Shown piece by piece: positions 25,355 through 36,366 of a stretch of DNA of 64,000 bases. Position 1 is the stretch's first letter; each line of letters begins with the position of its first letter. This DNA is from Haliotis rubra. Lineage: Eukaryota. The notes below the pieces were generated by a model, which saw only the letters and a program-made list of their open reading frames with translations, did no database searches and was not told where the DNA came from. Made by a program: the position numbers and the translations under genes. The stretch is taken from assembly GCF_003918875.1 (NCBI RefSeq), contig NW_025767346.1, positions 1,178,001 to 1,242,000 of the forward strand, read 5' to 3'.

Positions 25355-26449
25355 GGTCGACTATCTAATCTATTGCAACCTGGAGTAATTATACTTTTAA
25401 ACAATTTCAATATGATGTCATTTTGATATGTGCATGTATATATTTCATTTCATCACAGTCAATATCATTTCGAAGAAATCAAAAAGACTGAAAGCAATCA
25501 TGATTAAGGTTTCCGTAAAATCGGCTTCGACCCCAGAGAGCGACGAAAGCAGCCTGACCAATGAAAGCAAGGAGAGCAATCTTCTTCTCACCCCTTCCCC
25601 CTTCAGCCATAAAAACGAGTGCCTGACAAATATATTCGCAAAAACACCCCCAACAAAAACCAACAGCTGTCAAACCAGATGAGCTAATCTCATCTATGAA
25701 CCTTGACATTTTTTTAGAAAACACCTTTCAACAAAGCATTTTGGCGACAGACACTGTTCTTTCTGCAGTTTCCAGCAAAGTTTTTTTTTCAAACATTTGC
25801 TGGGACAATATATTTTTTTACTTACTCCAGCTCCTTCGAGCTCGTCATGTTATTGCTTAAATAATGTTGATGCGTAATTAAATATTTAATCACTCACCAT
25901 ATGCCTGATTGTCCTGTCGATGCATTACGATAGCAGTTGGGTTGAATACTCCCCGGGGAGTTGAAAGTTCGACTGGAATGCACACCCATTAGAAGACTGA
26001 GGTTTTAAATCATGGCCATTAAGCCTACCCCAATATAAAGTGGTGGCGTACACGACGAAAAGAGCCCATTCGTCTTAATTCTAGTGATGCTATTGATGCA
26101 GGCCACGGTGTACAGTTTTAAACTGTAATTTGTTATTTATTAATAATACACTAGAAGCAATCTCAAACATCAGCCTTGCTAGTAGTATCGGAAAACATTT
26201 CTCATCATAAATCTAAAATTATCTTTTGATCTTGCACATTTGGATTACTTCTCTTGGATTTACTGAATGGCTTCAGTTGGCGCTTATGACACATTAAGGA
26301 AAGGTGTCTTCATTTCTGTTTGTATCACCACTCACAACCTCCGTGGTGTAGTACAAAGAGTTGAAGTTTCCTCCATTACGCAATATTTCCTGCGTGAGGT
26401 TTAAAACATCTTAGTTGGCTGGCGCTTTAAAACTGGCACTCACAGATAG

Positions 26450-27320
26450 ACTGCAACTGTTTCACTCTCTGACGCTGCAAGTGTTTCATTGTCATACCCT
26501 GCTATTGTCTTTATTGTGTCTCCCTGCAACTGTTCTCTTCTCTGACGCTGCAACTGTTTCATTGTCATACCCTGCTATTGCCTTTATTGTCTCTCCCTGC
26601 AACTGTTTCATTGTCATACCCTGCTATTGTCTTTATTGTCTCTCCCTGCTACTGTTTTACTCTTTGACGCTACAACTGTTTCATTGTCATACCCTGCTAT
26701 TGTCTTTATTGTGTCTCCCTGCAACTGTTTTACTCTCTGACGCTGCAAGTGTTTCATTGTCATACCCTGCTATTGCCTTTATTGTCTCTCCCTGCAAGTG
26801 TTTCATTGTCATACCCTGCAATTGTCTTTATTGTCTCTCCCTGCAATTGTTTTATTCTCTGACGATGCAACAGTTTCATTGTCATACCCTGCTAATGTCT
26901 TTATTGTCTCTCCCTGCAACTGTTCTCTTCTCTGACGCTGCAACTGTTTCATTGTCATACCCTGCAATTGTCTTTATTGTCTCTCCCTGCAACTGTTCTC
27001 TTCTCTGACGCTGCAAGTGTTTCATTGTCATACCCTGCTATTGTCTTCATTGTCTCTCCCTGCAACTGTTCTCTTCTCTGACGCTGCAAGTGTTTCATTG
27101 TCATACCCTGCTATTGTCTTTATTGTCTCTCCCTGCAACTGTTCTCTTTTCTGACGCTGCAAGTGTTTCATTGTCATACCCTGCAATTGTCGTCATTGTC
27201 TCTCCCTGCAACTGTTCTCTTCTCTGACGCTGCAACTGTTTCATTGTCATACCCTGCAGTTGCATTTATTGTCTGTCCCTGCAACTGTTTTATACTCTGA
27301 CGCTGAAACTGTTTTACAGT
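26450..27320. repeat. ~73-bp satellite made of three ~24-25-bp CTGC-starting subunits, with occasional subunit loss
   Basis: CTGCAA(C/G)TGTTTCATTGTCATACC-CTGCTATTGTCTTTATTGTCTCTCC-CTGCAACTGTTCTCTTCTCTGACG repeated. Confidence 0.93.
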
Positions 27321-27916
27321 CTGATCATGCAACGCAATTCTACTTCCTCACCCTTCACTTGATGTTTATCATTTCGAAGAGACAAGAGGATGACACTCTG
27401 TTTTCAGTAAAGGGATACAAAGATTGACACATATATCTTGTGTTTGCATGAACTAGCAACGTCTGACAGACACAAATAACTTCCCTGTCGCTCCGTGGCA
27501 ATACTTGTCAACTGAAATCCGTGTGACACATAAGGACTGGGTTTGAGTTGTATTGTGTTGTGTGTCAGAAGCAATCAGGCGAGGTTCACACAAAATGTTA
27601 GAGGGTTATAATAAAATGTAAAATGCTTTTGTATTTTCTTCCCTGGGAGGGTCATGAAAACATTAAAAGCAGATGGTCAGGGTGACCCCCAAAATATGCC
27701 AAGTACCAAGGGGGAGGTGTGTGTGTATGACTCTTAAATGAACATTTTTACAGAAAAAAAAGCTCATAGTAAAAAAAACTGAAATATAATATAATGAAAA
27801 GGAGCCCTGAGACTTTCCTCATTTCCTAAAGCTGTGGAAATCTAGACTTGCCACAGTTTCGAGACTTGCGTGGGCTTTCATGGATATATTTGCTTCAGGG
27901 TCTGTATGACAGACTC

Positions 27917-27990
27917 TGTGTGTGTGTGTGTGTGTGTGCGTGCGTGCGTGTGTGTGTGCGTGCGTGGGTGCTTGCGTGCGCGTGTGTGTG
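27917..27990. repeat. (GT)n/(GCGT)n microsatellite
   Basis: Direct inspection. Confidence 0.95.
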
Positions 27991-28266
27991 TTACTTTCAG
28001 TCCTCCATCAGAAACCTCCGTTTTACCTTCTTTGTACATACCCATTTAATCTTACGATAGGGATACAGCTGTACAATACAATATAATACAAATTCCACAT
28101 TGTATTCCGATTTCTGTACTGCACGACCGCCGGATTTATTTGAACTTCAGTATTCTTGAAACATATTTGAAAGGCGGTATGATTTCTAAAGTGTAATAAT
28201 GACATCTGTGAAACATTATAGATATTAAATGGAAGTTATCTTCTGTTTTGTTGGTTTCGTGACCAG

Positions 28267-28383
28267 GCCAGCTATTCTCGAAACGTTCGTAGCCCTACGA
28301 ACTTCTTAGGACAATTCTTAACACATTGGCTACGATCAAAGTTAAGAATTCTTAGGGCTAAGAACATTTGGAAAATAAGGGCC
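28267..28383. mobile_element. Palindromic MITE related to the 36260 family
   Basis: Imperfect TIRs ...TATTCTCGAAACGTTCGTAGCCCTA / TAGGGCTAAGAACATTTGGAAAATAAGGGCC; CAG and CTG flanks. Confidence 0.65.
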
Positions 28384-28520
28384 CTGATTGTGGCACTTGA
28401 TTGATGATATGTGTCATATCAAATTTCAACTTCGTCGTGTTCGTGCAGCACGTGCACTACAGTCACTCCGACTCAGGGTGGACGACATTGTATATAGTGT
28501 AGTTGCCTGACTGTAGAGCT

Positions 28521-28702
28521 GGGCCTCCATCCACAAAGGTGAGGTGAGGTGAAATTGGGTTTAACGTCGTGCTTGAGAATATTTCGCTCTCCATCCACAA
28601 AGCACTAAGGTGATCGTAAGTCACTAAGGTAACCTTAGTACAATGTTAAAGAATGGGAGTTAAGGTTAACCTTAGTAAAGGTTGCTTTGTGAAAGGAGTC
28701 CC
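28521..28702. mobile_element. MITE of the 36260 family with a short SINE 3' tail inserted in its left TIR
   Basis: Core ATGTTAAAGAATGGGAGTTA; CTCCATCCACAAAG duplicated around a GTGAGGTGAG...TTTAACGTCG...AATATTTC insert. Confidence 0.65.
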
Positions 28703-29070
28703 TGGACGTCAAGCCGGGTATGATTGATGCAGAATTCAAACTTTGACAAACAACTCACGAATTTACTTGCGACAAGCTACAACAATATTTTCGTTTTTGT
28801 TTCTGAAAGATTTGTAATCCAAAGTAAAATTTATTCACAGTAATTGGGTTATTCGGGAACGTGTTTAAGTATGCAAATGACATAAAACTGTTAATATAAG
28901 CAGATTTGAATTAAAATTCTAACTTTAATTTTTCATCAATAAAATTTATCTTTGACATGGTTACTATTTAACTGGGCTCATCATCCACATAATTAAACAC
29001 TAGAAATCAAGCAATTTTCGAAGAAAACAATATTTTTGTAGCATTAACTAAAACACAGTTTTCGGAATAA

Positions 29071-29237
29071 GAGTGAGTGAGTGAGTGACATTTTGCGCCG
29101 CTGTTGGCAATATCCCAGCAATATCACGGCTGTGGACACCAGAAATAGGCTTCACACATTGTACCCATGTGGGTAATCGAAGTCCGGCCTTCATCGTAAC
29201 GAGCGAACGCTTTAAGCAATGGGCAACCTCACGGCCC
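29071..29237 (-). mobile_element. Family A SINE
   Basis: Consensus match; TSD TCGGAATAAGA. Confidence 0.85.
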
Positions 29238-29272
29238 GTCGGAATAAGACCTAAGTCTTCCCTTTTCTAAAT

Positions 29273-29520
29273 ACCCGTGAAGATCCAGGTTAGAATTGAT
29301 CTTCAGTAACACATGCTTGTCGTCAAAGGCGACTGACGGGATCGGGTGGTCAGTCTCGCTGAGTGATTTGACACATTTCATCGTACCCCAATTGCGTAAA
29401 TCGATGCCCATGCTGTTGATCACTGGATTGTCTTGCCCATACTCGATTATTTACAGACGACCGCCACATAGCTGGAATATTGCTGAGGGTGGCGTAAAAC
29501 TAAACTCACTCACTCACTCA
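29273..29520 (+). mobile_element. Family B retroposon, full length
   Basis: ACCCGTGAAGATCCAGGTTAGAATTGATCTTCAG head through (ACTC)n tail. Confidence 0.9.
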
Positions 29521-30120
29521 AGTATTAATAACAGCGCCACATTTGTTCTCACAACATCAGTTCCAAGTCAGTGGTGACATTATAACCAGCATCGAAGAGT
29601 GTCAATGCAATTCGTTCTCGTTGATCGTGTGAATAAACAGTATGTCGATACGTCAACACTAAACCAGCGAACATGTTAATAATTCACCATGCCAGCTGTC
29701 CGAGGCTACTTTATAAAGTCTCCGGTCCAATCATAAACAGATGAAAAGTAGCTTCACACTCACTGGACCTCCCCGAGGAACGTATCGTCAGGCAGCGTGG
29801 CTCGGGATGTTTAATATTGATGCCACCATGCTGGATAGTCAAGGAGCATCATCGTCACTAGTTAACATGGCGGAGATAGAGGGAATTACTTACAGTTGGA
29901 ATCCCTGGGCGCTGGAGCGATATTTATCACATGCGTAAACATGTGGTACAGGTATCTGGAAAGTCTGTTGGAAGCTGGTTCATAATGATTTTGTCACCTG
30001 GTATTCTGTTGAATATCTCAGGTTGTAATTGGTCAAGTTTGGGATTATTTGATTTTCATGGATCTCATTGGGAACTTTCTCGTAATTGCTGGTTTACATT
30101 TTATTGGGTATATAGTTCTT

Positions 30121-30245
30121 AGAGGTGGGGTAGCCTAATGGTTACAGCATTCTCCCGTCACGCCGAAGACCTGGGTTCGATTCCCCACCTGGGTACAATG
30201 TGTGAAGCACATTTCAGTTGTTCCTTGCCGTGATATTGCTGGAAC
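30121..30245 (+). mobile_element. Family A SINE, 3'-truncated
   Basis: GGTGGGGTAGCCTAATGG...GGGTTCGATTCCCC. Confidence 0.8.
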
Positions 30246-30660
30246 CCTCAAATGCAAATTTCAGCACGACTAGATATATCTTTGGAATCGAACCCGGAAT
30301 GGTAAGCAGGTGTCTGATACGTGAAACGGGTTTAAACGTTATTGACCATGCATAGTGAATTCGCGTGCCTGCGTGTGCGTGCATTTGTGCGTCTATGCGT
30401 TTGTGCGTACGTGTGTTTGTATGGTAGCCGGACTAATGTAGGTTTCAATAATTATATCAGCCATGAATTACCATATCTCATTGACACCTACGAGGAGACC
30501 AGAACCAGTTTCGCCTTCACAATGCCGACCACAGGCGTGGTAACAATAAGTTCCGCCTTTTAACGTCTTCCCGTATGGCAATGATCGATTATGTACACGA
30601 GAAACGAGCGCACTGCCATTTGAACAGCTGCCCTTAATCAAAAGGGTACATTGGCAATAC

Positions 30661-30913
30661 ACCCGTGAAGGTCCGGGTTAGAATATTGATCTTCAGCAAC
30701 CCATGCTTGTCGTAAGAGGCGACAAACGGGATAGGGTGGTCAGGATCGCTGACTTGGTTGACACATGTCATCGGTTCCCAATTGCGCAGATCGATGCTCA
30801 TGCTGTTGATCACTGGATTGTCTGGTCCAGACTCGATTATTTACAGACCGCCGCCATATAGCTGGAATATTGCTGAGTGCGGCGTACAACTAAACTCACT
30901 CACTCACTCACTC
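30661..30913 (+). mobile_element. Family B retroposon, full length, near consensus
   Basis: TSD ACATTGGCA(A/T)TA at 30648-30659 and 30914-30925. Confidence 0.93.
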
Positions 30914-31567
30914 ACATTGGCATTATTCCTCTAGTGTTTTTCTATATTTAATAGGCCGTGTCAACATTTCTTCTCCCACAGTTGCCCATCTATTTTAGTA
31001 TCTGATGTTGACATACTTTACCCTCGGTGATATTGTCACTGTAGTCCCGTATTGTGCAACCGACACAACTGTCAAACACTCGCATGTATATCGCAATCGT
31101 TATGAAGATTAACTATTCATGAGTTACGCTTTCTCAATTCACCTTCTATGACATTTTATCAATAGATTATCTCCATGCAAACAATATATTGATTATATTA
31201 GGTTAGCAGGTGCGCTATATAGATAGATAACGGCAGTTCAGGAAAATCTGTATCATTAATCCATAAATCTGAAAAGGTGTGCCAAGAAACTCGATACTGT
31301 TAGCTTTTCCGTAGTCGGTTCATACTGGCTGTTTAGCGTCTCACTCGATAATATTTAACTGATGTGACAGCCATGTTTCATCACATTTGAACATCGTAAA
31401 CCAGTGATTGGTATCATGAGCATACCACAATCAACAAGAAAACGAGGCTGAGCCTATCCATGTTGTCGCCTCTTAATCAATAGCAGTTTGCTGAGGAGCT
31501 ATATGCTTGCCCGGATCTCCATGGTTTTCTTGGCTAAACATAAACAGGTTCTGTTTTAGCTACAGCG

Positions 31568-31776
31568 TCATGCTGTTGATCACTGGATTGTGGTCAGGGT
31601 CAGGGTGGTCAGGGTCGCTGACCTGGTTGACACATGTCATCGGTTCCCAATTGCGCAGATAGATGTTCATGCTGTTGATCACTGGATTGTCTGGTCCAGA
31701 CTCGATTTTTTACAGACCGCCGCCATAGAGCTGGAATATTGCTGAGTGCAGCGTAAAATAAAACTCACTCACTCAC
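31568..31776 (+). mobile_element. 5'-truncated, 5'-rearranged family B copy
   Basis: 18-bp TSD TCTGTTTTAGCTACAGCG at 31550-31567 and 31777-31794. Confidence 0.9.
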
Positions 31777-31789
31777 TCTGTTTTAGCTA

Positions 31790-31962
31790 CAGCGAGTAAT
31801 GCATAAAACTACTTTATAACGAACAAGCTTTTAACGAACTGACGGATATCCCGAACAGATTTTGTTGTCCTGACCACTTTTCGTTTATTATAATCGAAAT
31901 GCGTAAACTAACTACTCTTATAACGAATTGAACGCAGTTTTCGATATAACCCTAGCTTACTG
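31790..31962. mobile_element. Possible degenerate Tc1/mariner-type MITE; related fragment at about 44965-45030
   Basis: TA-CAG...CTG-TA ends with repeated TTATAACGAA motifs; TIRs poorly conserved. Confidence 0.3.
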
Positions 31963-32328
31963 TATATTTAGAAGGTGTATTAATATTCGAGAATGTTACC
32001 GGGCGGCCAGTTACCAGGCGGACGCTGGGATTTCGTATTATGATGTATTCGGACTTTGTGAATCTGAACGTTACCGTGTCTTGTAGAAATCGTGTGTGTT
32101 TCTAATTTAATCATTTCTAAAAAAACGCCCGCTTGACTCGGTGCCTGTCTACATAAACGTATAGACAGTGAAAAGCAGATGGCTCGTAGGCTCTGATTGG
32201 ACTACACTAAACATGCCATTCATTGGTTACTAATACGAGTAAAATTAAATGGTTGACAACGTGAAATGTGTGTGTGAAGAAACAGTTTCACTAAAATTAA
32301 CATAAACAGAGCAATAGTTTATCTTTAG

Positions 32329-32437
32329 ACATGTATATTACATGTATATTTCATGTATATTTCATGTATATTACATGTATATTACATGTGTATTTCATGT
32401 ATATTTCATGTATATTACATGTGTATTACATGTATAT
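32329..32437. repeat. 11-bp minisatellite (A/T)CATGT(A/G)TATT, about 10 copies
   Basis: Direct inspection. Confidence 0.92.
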
Positions 32438-33012
32438 TTTGACCAAATGCATACTCACCACGATATTTTGGGTAACAGCTCAAAGCTTCTTTTGTGAGCT
32501 AACCACATGACCAGTTTATCATATCTCAATCATTGATAACCTGTGCGATCAAGGATAACGAAGGGCAGTACCTGGAACAGTCGCCGTTGTACATTTTCTA
32601 CTTAATACGAGTAGAACAAGTGGAATGTTCAAAGTGGCGCGTCAAACATCAAACAGAGATGCATAATTACCATCAAAGCTGCAGTATTGATTCAAAATTA
32701 TTCATCTCAACAATCGAAAGTTAAATTTACCTGACGCATATTAGAATACTTGATACTGTCAATACCTGGTAAATTATATTCATTAAAATGCTTTTATTCA
32801 TGATTGAATAACTATATTGATCTAATTATCTGAAACGATGACCTTACACATGAAGGCTTTGAACCAGAGCACCAGAGCACCACAGCACCAGAGCACCACA
32901 GCACCACAGCCCGGGGGCTCAGTAGGCGTTGGAAGCTCAGATCAGCCGAGAATGACGTCAGTGGGTTAAATATGATAACACAAGTTAACACACCAACGTT
33001 AACCTGGTTATA

Positions 33013-33168
33013 GGGCGGTGGGGTGGCCTAGTGGTTAAAGCGTTCGCTCGTCTCTCCGAAAACCCGGGTTCGATTCCCCACATGGGCACAATGTGTGAAG
33101 CCCATTTCTGGTGTCTCCCGCCGTGATGTTGCTGGAATGTTGCTAAAAGCGGCGTAAAACTCACTCAC
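33013..33168 (+). mobile_element. Family A SINE
   Basis: GGGCGGTGGGGTGGCCTAGTGG...GGTTCGATTCCCC. Confidence 0.9.
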
Positions 33169-33410
33169 TCTTACTCCGAAAGCTTAAAGTACTGTTTTCT
33201 TAAGAAATTACTTGATTTCTAGTGTTTAATTATGTTGAATATGAGCCCAGTTAAATGGTAAACATTTCACGCACTTACTCACAAGGGAAGGCAAAGGATT
33301 TTGCATGCGCAATGGCAGTAGGACCAACACCGCTTCCCAACGATAATCGTCGAGAATAGGCAGTTTCTGGATTCAGAAGGTTCAGACTGATAGAGTTTTC
33401 CTGTTTAAAA

Positions 33411-33901
33411 TGAGTGAGTGAGTTTAGTTTGACGCCGCACTCAGCAATATTCCAGCTATATGGCGGCGGTCTGTAAATAATCGAGTCTGGACCAGACAAT
33501 CCAGTGATCAACAGCATGGGCATCGATCTGCGCAATTGGGATACAATGACATGTGTCAACCAAGTCAGCGAGCTTGACCACCCGATCCCGTCAGTCGCCT
33601 CTTATGACAAGCATGGGTAACTGAAGATCTTCACGGGTGCTGGTACAGGGATTCTCTCACAATTCATAACCTGATATAAAATACTAGTTTAATCAGGTAA
33701 AGTTTGCCAGAAATGGGCTTTACTCATTGTACCCATCAAACCCAGGCCTGTGGCGTGACGAGCGAACGCTTTAACCACTGGGCTCCCCCACCGCCCCTCT
33801 TGTAATATGAAGTATAAAATGTATATACATGTATCCCGTTAGTCGCCTCTTACGTCAAGCATGGGTTTCTGAAGATCAATTGTAAACCGGACCTTCACGG
33901 G
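33411..33901 (-). mobile_element. Composite: family B head (33901-33834), family A fragment (33797-33707) and family B copy (33637-33411)
   Basis: All three on the minus strand; enclosed by TTCCTG(T/C)TTAAAA at 33398-33410 and 33902-33914. Confidence 0.75.
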
Positions 33902-34689
33902 TTCCTGCTTAAAAGACCAGTCGGGTGGTCAAGTAGTTGAAGTGGGAATTGTTCACGCTGAAGTACCGGCTTCAATTAACGACTATATCTGAATCTCATA
34001 TTGGTAGACTGTCTCACAGTCCCTTTCCCATTTTAATTCTGTGATGGAGAAGTCCTTAATGAAGCAGGTCTAGATTTTATCAGCTTCAGGCCCTCCTCGC
34101 GGGATTCCTTTTCGATACAAATGGAGTTTTTGTTTCGATCAAAATTATTTATTTTCAGAGACAAAGCGTTGGTATATGTCCTTGTGATTAGTCTGTCCTT
34201 GTTGTTATCGCTGGGATGTTGCTGAAAGCAGGTGAATTAACATTACTCACGCAATCTCGTAAAATTATCCTTCAAATTAGTACATTTTATTATTAATTGC
34301 CCGCATTTGACCGCCTTGCTTTGATGAGATACGTGTGTGCGCGCGCATCGCACATAATCCGGATGCTAGTTCATAGGTACCCTGCTACCCAGCGGACTAT
34401 TAGACCGTCCGACCTTCTATAGGGTAGTGCCATTGTTGCGTAACTTATGACCCTAGGTATATACAAATATACAATGTTGTAAGCCTCGCTCATAGGTTTT
34501 TAAAGTAAATCATCTATGATTGAATCAACGGATCATAGTCATGTCATCAGTCGGTAAGGCATACTGTGTCTTAACATTCACCCAAACCGTAATTTAAATC
34601 TTTAAAAGAAGCAAGTCTAGATTATTTTCTTTCTGTTCAGGAGTCTCACATCTCTCTGTGGCGCATTTTTAATTTAAGCCCCTCTTCAG

Positions 34690-34815
34690 CCCCCACACAC
34701 ACACACACACCCCCCCCACCCAACACATACACACACACACCGCCCCCTTCAAACCCTCCAAAACACACTCACAGACACACGAACGCACACGCACGCACGT
34801 ACGCACGCACGCACA
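34690..34815. repeat. (CA)n/(CGCA)n low-complexity tract
   Basis: Direct inspection. Confidence 0.9.
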
Positions 34816-35848
34816 AAGAGCTTCCCCACAGGAGGTGGGAGACTATTGTCGTCAGGGGAACCCCGACCCAAGCCCCATCCCCGCCACTTTCCTCTGATCA
34901 GGGTACCGTTATTTCCCTAACAACGAGGAGAAGCGATTATCTTGATGTCCATTCATCTCAGGTACACTCGCTCATTCCCCATTCATCGATAGGAACTATT
35001 TTTACTGAAAACGCAAATCAATTTGAACTAAGATAGAGCAAAAGATTGATTTCAATTTAAACAAACACACTCGTCATACATTTCCGCCAGAAATAAAACG
35101 GAATTTTTCATGTATGTGTACTGAGAATTCCTCTTAAATAGAAATAACGGTTGTTGTTATCATGGCGCTTCCTTGACAACAGTAAACACCAAAATCAATG
35201 ATATCAACGATCTCAATAAAACAAAGCTCAGTATCCATTCTTCGTCTCTATCCACTTCTTTTGTCTTGTATATTACGAATACAGGGAACGATATTGTGGT
35301 ACGGTGGCACAGTGGACAAGGCTGTGAGAGACAATCCGAGTTTAGATCACCACATAAGTACAATGCTTTATTTCAATGTCCGTAACACGTGTTATATTCG
35401 GGATTACACTTCCTCAGTAAAGTACAAATGCTAGTTTTATTGGGTTGAGTCTAATCTGGGATTCGAACCCATACCCCAAGAGTCAGGCACCAGATCACCT
35501 AATCCGTGTTCCCGCTGTGAAACACTGACATTCCGCTAAAACAGCTATGCATAATGGTTGTACTAATTTTTCTTTTCAAAATCAACGAAGCAGTCAACAA
35601 TATTCCAAAAATATACATACATTCAACAATATTCTAACCGTATGTCGTGGTCTGATAACAATCGAATCTACACTACAAAGTACAGTAATTGATACCATAA
35701 GCATCAATTTCTGTAACTGGGAGATAATAGCATGTGTCATCCAAGTCAGCGAACTTGACCAACCGATCGCGTTCGTCGGCTCTCGGACAAGTACAGGCTC
35801 TGACGGTTCTTCAAAACTGTGAAAAATCTTGACCGTGCCCTATTTCTA

Positions 35849-36022
35849 GGGGGCGGTGGGGTAGTCCAGTGGTTAAAGCGGTCGTTGGTCGCGCCGAAGA
35901 CCCGGGTTCGATTCCCCACATGGGTACAATGTATGAAGCCCATTTCTGGTGTACTCCGCTGTTATATTGCTCGAATATTGCTAAAAGCGACGTAAAACCA
36001 TACTTACTCACTCACTCACTCA
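35849..36022 (+). mobile_element. Family A SINE
   Basis: Consensus match; TSD CCTATTTCTA. Confidence 0.9.
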
Positions 36023-36259
36023 CACACCTATTTCTATGATCGGATTAAACTTATTGATTACTGCAATAGTTGAAACACAATGTAATTGAAAAGAAGAAGA
36101 ATTTCAGTGCGTTAGGTCATATGGTACAAAAACACGCCCTAACCATATCGCATCTTGACTACATCCTAACTATTTTGCATCATGACTACAGCCATACAAG
36201 GGCCAGTAAAGACGGAGATTCGATGATATGTCAGTATCACCAGTTCCGGGTTAGAACTG

Positions 36260-36366
36260 GGCCCCGTTCCTCAAAGCGATCGTAGCGCTACGACAGTCGT
36301 AAGTCTATGTTAAAGTATGGGAGTTACGATCACCTTAGCTCCACGATAGCTTTGAGGAACGGGGCC
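36260..36366. mobile_element. 107-bp Harbinger/PIF-like MITE inserted into the head of a family B copy (about 36245-36575)
   Basis: 18-bp perfect TIR GGCCCCGTTCCTCAAAGC extending imperfectly to about 31 bp; CTG/CAG (CWG) flanks; removing it restores CCGGGTTAGAA-CWG-GTCTTCAGTAACCCATGC. Confidence 0.85.

Noticed and set aside
25428-25800. Possible coding or retroelement remnant (overlapping 72-84-aa ORFs, CSFC-like motif)
   Set aside because: No recognisable domain in any frame; too weak to call without a homology search
26415-27008. 197-aa hydrophobic ORF, and similar ORFs at 19414-20063
   Set aside because: Translations of minisatellites
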